DNA of 61,196 bases, counting the filler, from Sphacelaria rigidula (Eukaryota): NCBI GenBank assembly GCA_964200075.2. It is 10 parts of 10 records of this genome, joined end to end, with 100 filler letters (N's around TTAATTAATTAA, not from the genome) between each part and the next. Parts side by side here need not be neighbours in the genome. Positions count along the whole stretch, not along the records: positions 12,261 to 18,290 come from CAXNAA020022690.1; positions 18,391 to 24,420 come from CAXNAA020022691.1; 8 more parts are not named here. One strand, 5' to 3'. Shown here piece after piece: positions 13,353 through 24,420 of the stretch. A model generated the notes under the pieces. It was given only the letters and a program-made list of their open reading frames with translations, ran no database searches and had not been told where the DNA came from. The position numbers and the translations under genes are program-made. Position 1 is the stretch's first letter. The number at the start of each line of letters is the position of its first letter.

Positions 13353-13945
13353 TATTGTGGGACTTCCGTGCGGTTGCCAGTAGGTAGTGGCAGAGGCTGA
13401 CACCGACAGACGTCAGTCTGTACAGCTAGCTTGCAGGTAGCAGGTGATGCTACTGCTGTAGACTTGTTGATGTTGAATGGGCGCTTGCGGCCAACAAAGA
13501 CTTTTGGAGAACGATAGACTTTGACAGTTTAGGGAACAAGACAGGAGAGAAAGCAGAGTGGGAGAGAAGGGGGGCAAGCTTGGCTGCACCTGTTCTCTTT
13601 CAAGAATACCAGACAGCAAGCAAAAAAAAAAAGAGCTCCTGTGTTGACCTTTCTCCTGTGTGACCCCGGCTGATGCGCCCACATATATCGAAAGGTGTAG
13701 ACCGGCGCCCAGAAAAGAAAGGATGACAACACACACAACACACACGCATGCTCTAGACTAGTCTAGTCTAGAAGCTTGTTATGGAAACTACTGTTCCAGG
13801 AACCAAAGTACCGTTCTACGTGGCCTACTTGAACCAACTACTGTTCTTGAGAACGTTCCTAAGATACGGTGTAACCATTCAGATCTAGACTGCTATAATA
13901 CTACTGAACATTGACTTATTATGTAGCTATGCTAATCCATATTAC
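13353..13945 (-). repeat. 3' LTR (contains SINE insertion)
   Basis: Direct repeat of 16087-16550 with an extra ~125 bp at 13616-13740. Confidence 0.9.
13616..13745 (+). mobile_element. 5'-truncated SINE family A inserted at an (AC)n site in the 3' LTR
   Basis: Absent from the sister LTR (agacacacacgcatg); matches 19660-19745 and 23855-23999. Confidence 0.88.
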
Positions 13946-14621
13946 TTCCCCTCAATGGAAGTTTCGTGATTCTGCTCCAACAATAAATACTTCACATCCA
14001 CCCAAAGACATACTGTAGCCTAGACCATACGTTGTGTCGACTACTTCCCCTTAATGCAAGGAATGGAATGTCAGGATTAAACTGTGTGCAGTACCCTGAA
14101 CGTGTCGCAGGGGCAGGCACCACAACTGCTAAGCTGATTGGTAGAAGGATGTAAACACAAAGCACGGAGCTTGTATTGATGGTTCCCGAGAACGTGGAGA
14201 GAAGAGTAAACAAGGAGGTGACCATCTACAGATCTACAGTACCATCACTCCGACGGTTACAACAAGTTGAACCGTAACCAATCACACCGACTATTCTGTG
14301 TGTAACAATCCGCATGACAGGCTCCAACTATGACAACGCCTTAATGCTCTTGAACGTTGACTACGAAATGAATAGACATATATCATTATTTCTTGACATG
14401 GAAGCCTTTGAAATGCATTTCATGGCATGCAATCTTCTGCAGGATGTACTCGAGAGACAGAGACACGCTTGTGTACCAAACACCGAAGTATATAACCCAA
14501 CGCCAAATATTGCTAAAACTACGTGGTAGCGAATACTGGACTATTGATGACTATCAGCCCTAATCGCGAAGTCAAAACAGCGCGTTCCCTGAATTTTGTA
14601 GATTAAAGCTCTTGGTCAAAG

Positions 14622-14832
14622 ACTAATACGTGAGAGGACCGCGTGCTTAGAGGACCGCACCGGAATTTGAACACTCCTATGGTTAGGGTTAGGGTTAGGG
14701 TTAATGCTGGGGTTATGGTCAGGGGCGTGGTCCCTGCAGGAACTGGCCCGATTGGTTCCGAAAAACGTCGACCCTGAGGTATTTTGAACTACGATGCGGT
14801 CCTCTAAGCACGCTGTCCTCTCACGCATTACA
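14622..14832 (+). mobile_element. TGT…ACA TTAGGG-MITE (copy C), left end slightly damaged
   Basis: (TTAGGG)3 at 14683-14700; right TIR intact; flanks aaaga/gaaga. Confidence 0.87.
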
Positions 14833-14862
14833 GAAGATCCTGGTTGAAGATCCTTGAGCTTG

Positions 14863-15100
14863 TCACGTTCCGAAGTTCTTGATCTTGTCGATGAGGTACT
14901 TGTGACGTTGTTTGTTGAGTTGCTTTGTCCCGATGTCGGGGAGGTTGTCCTCGGTCGGAACGTAGTGGATGGATATCCTGCCCTGCTTCACGATCTCGCG
15001 GATGTAGAAGAAGCGTCGTGCCAAATGCCATCCTCACTTTCGACCTCTCACGAAAACCCTTACCCCCGAACTTAGGGATAGTCTTGAGTGTGTTGTTCAT
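14863..15100 (-). pseudogene. Copia gag N-terminus fused out of frame to RNase H C-terminus
   Basis: MNNTLKTIPKFGGKGFRERSKVRMA, then shifted frame HLARRFFYIREIVKQGRISIHYVPTEDNLPDIGTKQL…KNFGT*, matching the copia KHI.IRYHFIRE…DN.ADI.TK.L motif. Confidence 0.85.
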
Positions 15101-15112
15101 GTTGGTCGACTT

Positions 15113-15335
15113 TGTAATGCGTGAGAGGACCGCGGGCTTAGAGGACCGCATCGGAATTTGAACATCCCTATGATCAGGGTTGGGGTCAGGGTTAGGGACA
15201 GGGTTAGTGTTGGGGTTGTAGTCAGGGGCGTCGTACCTGCAGGTACCGACCCGATTGGTTTTGAAAAACATCGATCCTAAGGAGTTTTGAACTACAGCGC
15301 GGTCCTCTAAGCACGCGGTCCTCTCACGCATTACA
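15113..15335 (+). mobile_element. TGT…ACA TTAGGG-MITE (copy D)
   Basis: Near-perfect ~37-bp TIRs; degenerate GGGTTA/GGGTCA tract. Confidence 0.9.
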
Positions 15336-16072
15336 CTATCCAGTCGTTGCTACAGCAGTAGTAGTAGTTCACTCCTTCAGGCTTTCGTTTTGGCCCAGCG
15401 GTCTCTCGCTGTCTGGCAGTCTGTCCCGCAGGCACTACTCATCAGTGCTGGACAGACTTGCTACACGTCGCTACGTGCAGGCTCTCCCGGCTGCAGGTAG
15501 CCAGTCTGCAACCCCGCCTTGCAGGTAAAATGATATGCACTGCTCCGACTTGCTACACGTCGCTGCGCGTGCAGACTTTATTCCGGCCACAGCAAAACAA
15601 TTTATGCTGTCCGGCTACGTCTGTCCTCCAGGCACTACTCAGAAGTGCTGGACAGGCGTGCTGCAAGATGATGCGTGCAGGCTCCCTTTGTGGGCAAGTC
15701 GTCGAAACGCAATCACCCCAAAAACTACGATTTCACCCGTCCTGAGCTTTTGAGTAGCTCAACACACCGAAAGTGTAGCTGCACATTTCTATACGTCACC
15801 ATTGAACCGACGTCTAGATCATTTGTGCCCCCGAATGCGATGCACCAACAAGTTGTACCGATTTTGTGCGTGTGCTGAGTCCCGCGGGTGATCAGTCCAA
15901 TGTCCTCAGTCGCAAGCAGGTTGACTCCGCAGATAGATCTTCAAAAAGCTCGCGTACAGTCTCGTACTACAGCAGAAAGTGTAGACGCGTAGAAGCTAGC
16001 TTGTGCTTGATGCTTGGAAGAAGATATCCCGAAGTATCCCCCGAAGTACCTCGCACTGGTGCCGTGCTGAAT

Positions 16073-16086
16073 CGAGGCTCATAACC
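16073..16086 (-). promoter_or_regulatory. Primer-binding site of the internal-fragment tRNA-iMet type used by some copia elements
   Basis: GGTTATGAGCCTCG immediately downstream of the 5' LTR. Confidence 0.75.
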
Positions 16087-16550
16087 TATTGTGGAATTTC
16101 CATGCGGTTTCCAGTAGGTGGTGGCAGAGGCTGACACCGACAGACGTCAGTCTGTACAGCTAGCTTGCAGGTAGCAGGTGATGCTACTGCTGTAGACTTG
16201 TTGATGTTGAATGGGCGCTTGCGGCCAACAAAGACTTTTGGAGAACGATAGACTTAAGCAGTTTAGGGAACAAGACAGGAGAGAAAGCAGAGTGAGAGAG
16301 AAGGTGGGCGAGCTTGGGTGCACCTGTTCTCTTTCAAGAATATCAGACACACACGCATGTTCTAGACTAGTCTAGTCTAGAAGCTTGTTATGGAAACTAC
16401 TGTTCCAGGAACCAAAGTACCGTTCTACGTGGCCTACTTGAACCAACTGCTGTTCTTGAGAACGTTCCTAAGATACGGTGTAACCATTCAGATCTAGACT
16501 GCTATAATACTGCTGAACATTGACTTATGTAGCTTTGCTAATCCATTACA
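16087..16550 (-). repeat. 5' LTR (TGTAATGG…CCACAATA)
   Basis: Direct repeat of 13353-13945. Confidence 0.9.
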
Positions 16551-17214
16551 CTAGGTAAGGAAAACAACTCGGGGTGTTTAGGTGGTCCGATAGAGCCTAA
16601 GTTCCCCGAAATTGGCTCTTCGCCTAGGACTCCAACAGTTCGGTTGTCAAAATCCAATTTTGTTTGGCGTGTAGTGGTTTGTCAATAGCTACCAGTAGGT
16701 GAAGGAATGTAATCACATTTCAACGATTTAGTGTGGATACAAATATTTTAATCCTCCGTGTTTTCATCCTTGATGAGAAGGTCCATTCCCAATTGCGATG
16801 ACTATCCTCTGTTTTCACTACCTTCAAGTTCCGAGCAGGGGGGTCGCCTCTGTGCCTTTCTCGTACTTGGATCTGAAGGTTTGTTTCGGCACCTGGTAAA
16901 AGTTTATTTCGAGCAGATGCGCCGTTTAGGTATCTGGTGCCTTCAAGTACTGGGCATAACATGCCTTTCGTTGAGGCGCTCATGACGACGTGGTGGTCGC
17001 CGCCGACACCCTTCGTTAAATGCACTGATGCCAAGTTTCCCTCTCACAACAATCCACATGCAAGTGACTCCTGCGCGAGTCACGGGTCCCTAAATTTTAT
17101 AGTCTTGAGATTCTCGATGTTTTCTTATTCGAGGCACACTGCATTGTCGTGTTGCGCCAGTCACCTCACCTGGCTTCGCTACCCCTGGCTCCGTAAATTC
17201 GCGGCCCAGGTTTG

Positions 17215-17328
17215 CTCGGGGCGCGGTCCCTGCATCAATGAGGTCCGCGCGGTCCTCCCGACACATCGATCCTGCAGTGTTCAACTTCCGATGCGATCCA
17301 AAACCACGCGGTCCTAACGCGCACTCCA
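17215..17328 (+). mobile_element. Highly diverged right half of a TGT…ACA MITE relative
   Basis: gcgcggtccctgca…atcgatcctg…gatgcgatcc…cacgcggtcct…gcactcca parallels the MITE consensus. Confidence 0.55.
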
Positions 17329-17390
17329 GTTGTTCAGAATATTCACGCAAAGGCGGCGAAATTCCAAATTAGCTTCAACCCCACCGCGAT

Positions 17391-17600
17391 TGTAATGCGT
17401 GCGAGGGCGGCGTCCTTTTTGGACTGCATCAGAGGTGAAACACCCCTATGGTTAGGGTAAGGCTAGGGTTCATGTTAGTATTAAAGCCGGCTACGCGATT
17501 CCTTCATGGACCGGCCTGAGCGGTCTTGAAAAAAGTCGGTCCCGGTGTGTTTTGAAATCATTTGCGATCCAAAAAGCACGCGGTCCCCCCACGCACTACA
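17391..17600 (+). mobile_element. TGT…ACA TTAGGG-MITE (diverged copy F) with perfect 5-bp TSD
   Basis: gcgat|TGTAATGCGT…ACGCACTACA|gcgat. Confidence 0.88.
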
Positions 17601-17939
17601 GCGATGTTGAACCCCATTCTCGAGGAGACCTTCTTGTTAGGCGTCATCACGTCAAATTCAGGGAAATCGCTATTTTGAGCTCGAGAATCATGTTGACAGG
17701 ATCGTCAGAGATGGGGTTGATCATTGAAATGGTTCAACTTCAAGAGAGCCATGCCACGATAAAGCGGGGGTATTTTGGGTCGTTTTCTTCCACGACATCC
17801 TACTTGCAATCGTCGTTGATAGCAGCAACGGTTGTTCGAAGGCGCTTGCTTCCGATAAATACGGCCCATTCTCACTGCTTGGCACCGCTGTTACCCCAAT
17901 ACAAGCTCACCGCGAGTAGCAAAGGTTTTGTGAGAGATT

Positions 17940-18100
17940 AGTAGAGGAATCGATTGAGAGTAAAAAGCAGTCAATTAGTAAATGGCCTGTTTCAGTTCCG
18001 AAATGCCCCTCCTCGAGGCCCAATACATTTTCTGTAGTAGCTTGCCACTGAGACCCTTGATATCCTTGAGTAGGATATCGATGTGTAGCTATAAGCACAC
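17940..18100. repeat. Dispersed repeat shared with ~26645-26796
   Basis: gattgagagt…tttcagttccgaa…tttctgtagtagct…cccttgatatcc…taagcacac in both contigs. Confidence 0.8.
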
Positions 18101-18222
18101 TGTAATGCGTGAGAGGTCCGCGTGCTTAGAGGACCGCACTGTAGCTCCAGACACCTTAGGATCGACGTTTTTCGAGACCAATCGGCTCAATCCCTGCAGA
18201 TACCACGGCCCCGACCCCAAAA
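18101..18222 (-). mobile_element. Truncated, inverted TGT…ACA MITE (copy E)
   Basis: Perfect TIR followed by reverse complement of the MITE right half; uninterrupted site seen at 26788-26803. Confidence 0.85.
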
Positions 18223-18390
18223 CAGCCAATCATCTATGTTGAGGATGGTGCTTTTGATTGAGGATGAGAACCCGGAGGATTAAAATCTTCNNNNNNNNNN
18301 NNNNNNNNNNNNNNNNNNNNNNNNNNNNNNNNNNTTAATTAATTAANNNNNNNNNNNNNNNNNNNNNNNNNNNNNNNNNNNNNNNNNNNN

Positions 18391-19085
18391 AAACGGGAAT
18401 GCCCTGACCCATATCTTTGTGCATCTAGAATCGTTAGGAGCCCCTGAACGAGACATAATTTCGCGAATAATGTGCACCCCTACCGTAGCATTGCTCAAAA
18501 CTGAACATGGAGAAGGCCCGAACCTCTTCCAAAAAAATGGTGGTTCATTTTTTGTTTTTTTTTGGGGGGGGAGAGGTTCGGGCGTTCTCGCAAAGAAATT
18601 GACATCAAACTAAAACGCCCTGAACCAGCGAAAAAAAATGAACAAAAAATTGATCCACTGAGTTGTGTTGATTATGCCCTAGCGAGGACCCACGCAGAAT
18701 TTCAATACACAAAAACCAAACGTGGGCCGGTGAGTGGCCTGCGAAACACTGTTCCGAATTTCTACCGATCCGGTTTTTGAAAAGCGAATGCGCCGGCCAA
18801 TTAAGGTTGGAGCGTAAAATTTGGTATGGACAATGCATAAGGCATAATAAAATAAGTTAAAGAAGCACCAGAAGGTTGTTTGTTTTGTCGTAAGTTAACG
18901 GCAATAAACAGTTTTCAGGTATCAGTAAAATGCCCTCAACTCACGAAAAAAAAAATCTGATGCTTCTTTAAATTTTTCATTGTGCCTTATGCATTGTCCA
19001 TACCAAATTTTACGCTCCAACTCTGAATATTGACCGGCGCATTCGCCTGCAAACTTCAAATCCGCCTCTAGGCTGGCCCAGCTCA
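18391..19085. mobile_element. Partial copy of the Tc1/mariner-like hairpin element
   Basis: Homologous to ~2520-3077; ends ggctggcccagctca|ta; hairpin 18784-19046. Confidence 0.8.
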
Positions 19086-19393
19086 TAGTACAGCGATCTG
19101 CGGACAATGATACTGGTACCGCGGTCATGCGGCGGTGTGCGTATGTTGATACGTGCTGTCATCCCATCAGTGCTGTTCCTGTTCAATATCATGGATGTCG
19201 CTGCTTCCTCTCCTCTTCCCTTTACAGGTCGTATGTAGCTGCTGCTTCTGTCTTCTTCTGTTCCTTTCCTTCTTTATTATTATGCTCTTCTTTTTGTTGC
19301 TACTGACCGCGGGCTGGATTGTTGCAATCAGCTAAGGTGAGATAATCAATCAATCAATTATGGGGGCATTTTACTGTGAATATGATTAATCAA

Positions 19394-19747
19394 GCCGGTC
19401 GCCCCGGTGCCAAAGTTGGTGACCTCAAAACCCTCTGACGATTGGGTCGTGGGTTCGAATCTCGGTGAAGTCACACGATTTGGGATTTTCCCTCGCATCA
19501 TGCCAAACAGTGGAGAGCGACCATGTCGTGGGTCCACAATATTCGACTTCACGGTCGACGAGGGAAAGGGACTACCGATTTCCTCTCGCGATAAAAAATG
19601 AGGCAAGCACCGCAGAAGTACTGTGGGATGCTAAAACAAATAATAAGAAGCTCGTGTGTTAGCTCTCCTCCTGTGTGACCCCGGCTGACGCGCCCACAGA
19701 TACCGAAAGGTGTAAGTTGGCGTCCAGAATAGACGGGATGTCAACAA
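19394..19747 (+). mobile_element. SINE family A, near full length, with tRNA-like head
   Basis: gccccggtgccaaagttggt (A-box-like) and GGTTCGAATCT (B box, 19452); body matches the (CA)n-tailed copies. Confidence 0.8.
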
Positions 19748-20264
19748 GTACAGTGAAATACCGATGACCGCTACTGTACTTTGGTGTAGCTTATCAACAA
19801 GAAGATACAGGTGAGTCACGTTCCCGTCACGAGCAGAGGAGCATATCGTTCAGTTACCGTCCCGAGACTGCAGAAAAATGACTCAACAGGTGCTGTAGTC
19901 TGCAGGTAGTAGTGCCTATTCGTTTATTCGGGATCGTGACTCACCTGCGTATACTTGTTGATAAGCCTATGTCGAAGTAGCCATCTTCTGCGATGTTCCT
20001 TGACATTGATTGATCGATTGCTTGATTTCTTGTCGCACACTAGCTCATCCTCGAGAGATCCAGCCGTGGTCACAGACGTACCCAAGGTGGACAATCAAAA
20101 TACGCGTATCGTCGTATACAGTAGTTCGCCGAGGATGACTTCAGGCAGTACTACACTCTACCATTGGGGGGGTGTTCGGGGCGCGCGCGCCGGGGGGGAG
20201 GGGGGGGCAGCGCGGTTGTGTCGGTTTTGATTCCGCCCACTCCTCAACAGCTTCTTCAAATTTC

Positions 20265-22406
20265 ATGCCAATTTCGTTCCGTGACTCCGCTCCCACCAGC
20301 GTGTCCGGGAGCAGCGCCACCGAGGAGAACACGTCAACAACCTTTGCGGTCGCAACCGCTGCCCCTACCCTAGCCGCAACAGAGGCACCGATCTGCATGA
20401 CTCCATCTCACGACAGCCACGATCAATACATCGAGCGTCCCGAGGGTACCGCTGCAGCAGGGTCATCGCCCATGGATGTTTCTGCCTATCGTGGTAACCA
20501 TTGCTACTCCGCCGCCGCCGCCACGGCGGATGCATGGTCAGGAGGCTACGATGATGCCGACCCTCGTTCAGTATCAGAAGCCCAGATACCCCTGCAACAT
20601 GAGCCACGTGAACCGCACCATCGGCATCAAGACCATTATCATCAACCGAACGGCGGCGAATACCCGCCTCATTTACCGGGAATAGAGCTACACCAGCAGC
20701 AGCGGGCAGTACCTTCAGCGGCACCCACAGGCGCCGAGGGGTATCACGCGCCGTCCCTACCACCTTCCAGTGTCGCATCGTCGACTCTACCCGACGCTGC
20801 GAACCCCTGCGGGACGATACCGCAACCTCCCAACGGAGTCTCCCAACCGACCTTACACCATGATCATGCACCAACGGACACCACATCGACCGACCCTACG
20901 ATACCCACCCCCCATCCCCATCCACACCACCAGCACAATGAGCACCACGAGCATCCGTCAGTCTTACACAACTGGGATGGAGAAATACCTCCACATTCTA
21001 CGAATCCTTCAGCGTTCAGATATACATCACAGTCGCCATATCCGCCAGTGAGGGAGTTCCTCGGAGATCCCGACGGCATTGTTAGACTAGCGGTGGTGGG
21101 CAGGCAGGCTGCGCCGCTACCGCGCCGGCGCAACCGCCGACAACAGGCATCCGCCGCTGCAGCAGCAACAGCCACTGCTGGGATCACCACAGACGCTGCA
21201 GGGCCAAGGGGTGACTCGAGCACCGCCGCAGGGGGCACGGGGAGGGATCCAGCAGCAGAGGATGTCACCGTGGCACGGTCTCCGGATGTTGGGGAGACAG
21301 CGCCAGCCAGAAGAGATGGAGAACCGGCAGCAGGGGGGGGCGAGGCGACACTAGAAAAACTTGGATTGCGGAAGCTTTTCGAGCAGAAGGTGCGCATGGG
21401 GGGTAGAGGGAGGACGGGGACTTCGCTCGTTCTTAGCGCACCCTCCTCCGCACTGCCGAGTAGATTTTTACTAAAAGGACCTGTTAGCGTATTTTTGCGA
21501 GTCGTTTGCTAAGCTCCTGAAAGGGCGCCTACTGTTTCTTCGTGGGTGTATCACTTGTCGTTACCAACTGGCTTACCGTGGCAGGTTTGTGACGTCTGCG
21601 TGGCCTTATTTTACTCTCGAGATGCATATTCGGCATCGTGCAGGTGTAAAGACTATGATATTCGCGGTCTGCACACGAGTGTATCGTAACTGTTCGCTGT
21701 GGAATCACTGTAACACGCCCTGAATGTATTCGCCATCGGGTTGCAACAGCATGGATATATGAATATTATTGGCACATCATGAACTCATCTCTGGAGATAT
21801 ATAGTGTGGCTGAGAGTTCTGGCCTACGAAAGCGGCGTCCAGATCCCTGGGCGGTACATGTTCTGCGCCCTTGCTTCTCGTACGACCTCCGGTCTGAAGC
21901 CCTGCGCGGGGACCTCTTGGTCTTTATCAGGACCGTTCCTCAGCCCTGCGTCTCTATCGCCCAAACGTGTTGAGTAATTTTCATCCTATTTTTTTTATTA
22001 TTTGTGCTGGAGTTTTATCTTGCGAGCCTCTTCATTATTTTTCCTTCATGAAATTTATTCATCCTGTCACCACGGGTGCGATCGTAATGAATCAGTTTGA
22101 TTTTAAAGCAACCAATCATCAAGCAATCAAGTGATGATGATGCTGCTTCAGCCGGCCGGGGGAATAAATATCAAATGTCCGAGTGCATCGTTATCACCTG
22201 CTCCCGATCAGCTCCACCGCTCACTGCATGCCACATTTTTCTTTGGTCGCGCGAATTTGAAAAACAAAACAAAAAAACAGCACTGGGCGGCAGTGTACAT
22301 CAAGCCGAACACGGTGTACAAGCGACGGCCGTTTTCTTCGCTCAAAGACCGGAAGAAGAGAGATTTGGTGGCTGCTGGCTTCGCCGTCTTCAAGGAGATT
22401 TGCGAC
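20265..22406 (+). CDS. Unknown protein, partial; exons 20265-21389 (disordered, His/Pro/Ala-rich) and 22281-22406
   Basis: Long GC-rich ORF ending AAG|GT; phase-0 exon CAG|…HWAAVYIKPNTVYKRRPF…EICD|GTAAG. Confidence 0.65.
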
Positions 22407-22727
22407 GTAAGAAAGGTGTTGTTCACGAGACGAGAAAGGGAAGAAAACAAGATGAGGGCTGGGTTTCGGTGTAGAGTTACCGAGCCGCGTCGCGAGCATT
22501 CCCGTGAAAAACCGTTCCCGTGTGTCGTTTTTATGAATCTGACCTGTGTTTCCGCGATGTTGGGGCTTCGTACGTGCTCGCCATACCCGTGCTACGGTAC
22601 CGTACTTTGACCACGTAGGCTTGCTTGCACATATTTTGTCAGATACCCACCTCTTTTGCATCCTTCCCGGTACATGTAATCATTGACAATGATGACTGAT
22701 TTTTTTTCTTCTTCAGTTTCCAGCCTG

Positions 22728-23060
22728 CCGCCCCCCAGTTGTCTAGTGGCACAGCTGAAAACTGACACCATTAGGGCGGGGGGAAACGCGGGTTCAATTA
22801 CCGCCGGATGCGTCTCGTTTGGCTCTTGCTTTTTCTGAAGTATCTGATTTATGTCGTTGGAAACGTGGGGACGTACGTGAGTACCAACAAGAGTCTGGTT
22901 GGCTCAGTTTCGTCTAGGTGGGAGTCGATGCGTTCCAGAAGTGCTGACAGTCATGATCCAATCCACGAGACCAAAATGTAAGAGCGTGCGTGCCGAGGGA
23001 GTGATGGGCTGATCCCGTGGGACCACGGACTTGTCCCGAGGTAGGAGAGGGGTTTAGAGT
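22728..23060 (+). mobile_element. SINE family B
   Basis: tRNA-like head (gtctagtggc…gggttcaattacc) plus conserved tail atgatccaatcc…gaccacggacttgtcccgag…gggttt. Confidence 0.78.
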
Positions 23061-23744
23061 GTGACAACAATTAAACGTCCCGTGCCGATAGTATACCAGG
23101 CTAAGCACGGCATACGCTCAAGTATTCGCCGATGGGAATATGCCGGCGAGTCTGCTACGTATGATAGCTTTGATGGGACGATGGAATATAAGTAGACGTC
23201 TGCGTAGCGAGAGGATGGATACTGGGTCGGTGTCATCCGCTTGTACGAGCGCCACACCTCCACCAGGTGCTCGTTGTTCTCTCTCCATGCATGACGCATT
23301 GCAACACCTTGGCCGCCAGGCCTCCTTTCGAGATAATGTTATTACGGAACCTTTCTGGTGTCGAACCAAGCGCATCATAATTACGTGAGTTGCAAACAGA
23401 AATGGTACACTGCGGAGGATGGTGCCGGCGGGTTTTTCTCCGTAGGACAACTTCGATGGGACGATGAAGTTCCCCACAACAATACTGTTCCGAAAGGAGG
23501 CGTGGCAGTCAAAAGGTGTAGAACAGAAAGTACAACGCACCTGGTGGAGAGTGAGAGTCGTGCATGCGGATATCGCCGACCCAGTAGATAACATCACGCT
23601 GCGCGGACGTCAAGACATGTCATCGTCCCATTAGTGTTATCGTATGTGACAGAATCGCCATCACTTTCCCCGTGGCGGATAATTGGATGCGCCGTACTTG
23701 AAGTAGTGTATGATAAGCACCCTGCTTTTTTTGTCACTCGAAAA

Positions 23745-23948
23745 ATTCGACTTAATGGTCTACGAGGGAAAGGGACTGCTGAACCCCTCTCGTGATAAAT
23801 AAATAAAGGCAAGCACCGCAGAAGGGAGATGGAGAACTAGAAAGAAAAAAATAAAACTCCTGTGGTGTTGGCCTTCCTCCTGTGTGACCCCGGCTGGTGC
23901 GCCCACAGATACCGAAAGGTGTAGACGGGCGTCCAGAATAGATGGACA

Positions 23949-23999
<51 letters not shown>
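23745..23999 (+). mobile_element. SINE family A, 5'-truncated, with long (CA)n tail
   Basis: Matches 19535-19745; (CA)n at 23952-23999. Confidence 0.85.
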
Positions 24000-24004
<5 letters not shown>

Positions 24005-24200
24005 CCATCCCCTTTCTCGGGACGAGTCCGTGGTTTGAAGGGGTTAACTCATCTCTCTTGACGTCCTCACGCTTCCGACGTTGCAAATCATACATGTCGA
24101 AAAAAACAAAAAAACAAAAAAACAAAAACGCACCCGGCAGGAATCGAACTCACGTTCTCTTCGCCCCAATGGTAACAGTCTCACCGTTGGACCGCGGTTT
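24000..24200 (-). mobile_element. SINE family B, short variant, tail-to-tail with family A
   Basis: Minus-strand B box GAGTTCGATTCC and tail accacggactcgtcccgagaaagggg. Confidence 0.78.
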
Positions 24201-24340
24201 CGCCCTGTACTCGACCCAGTATATTTTCGGCACACGACCTCTTCTTTTGTATGAACACCCTTGAGTATATTATGAGCTACATGGCGATCTCCCGATCACA
24301 GCAATATGTTTACTTCGCAATATGTCGCGCGGTTTTTGAG

Positions 24341-24420
24341 ATTATTATTATTGTTTTTATTATCATTATTATTATTATTGTTATTATCGTTGTTGTTATT
24401 ATTATTATTATTATTATTAT
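24341..24420. repeat. (ATT)n-like microsatellite at contig end
   Basis: Direct reading. Confidence 0.95.

Larger units (their letters stand above)
13353..16550 (-). mobile_element. Complete non-autonomous, internally deleted Ty1/copia LTR retrotransposon with nested insertions
   Basis: LTR pair 16087-16550 and 13353-~13945; PBS GGTTATGAGCCTCG next to 5' LTR; PPT TTGAGGGGAAG before 3' LTR; flanks ctcgg/ctagg; gag start fused to RNase H end. Confidence 0.9.

Noticed and set aside
14622..15335. Two direct TG…CA repeats around a gag/RNase H stub, resembling a TRIM
   Set aside because: The repeats are TIR MITEs that occur alone elsewhere with their own TSD; the true LTRs, PBS and PPT lie further out.
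17391..17601. MITE as an introner (T|GTAAT…ACA|G)
   Set aside because: Splicing would leave a net 4-5 nt (frameshift), and no copy here interrupts an exon.
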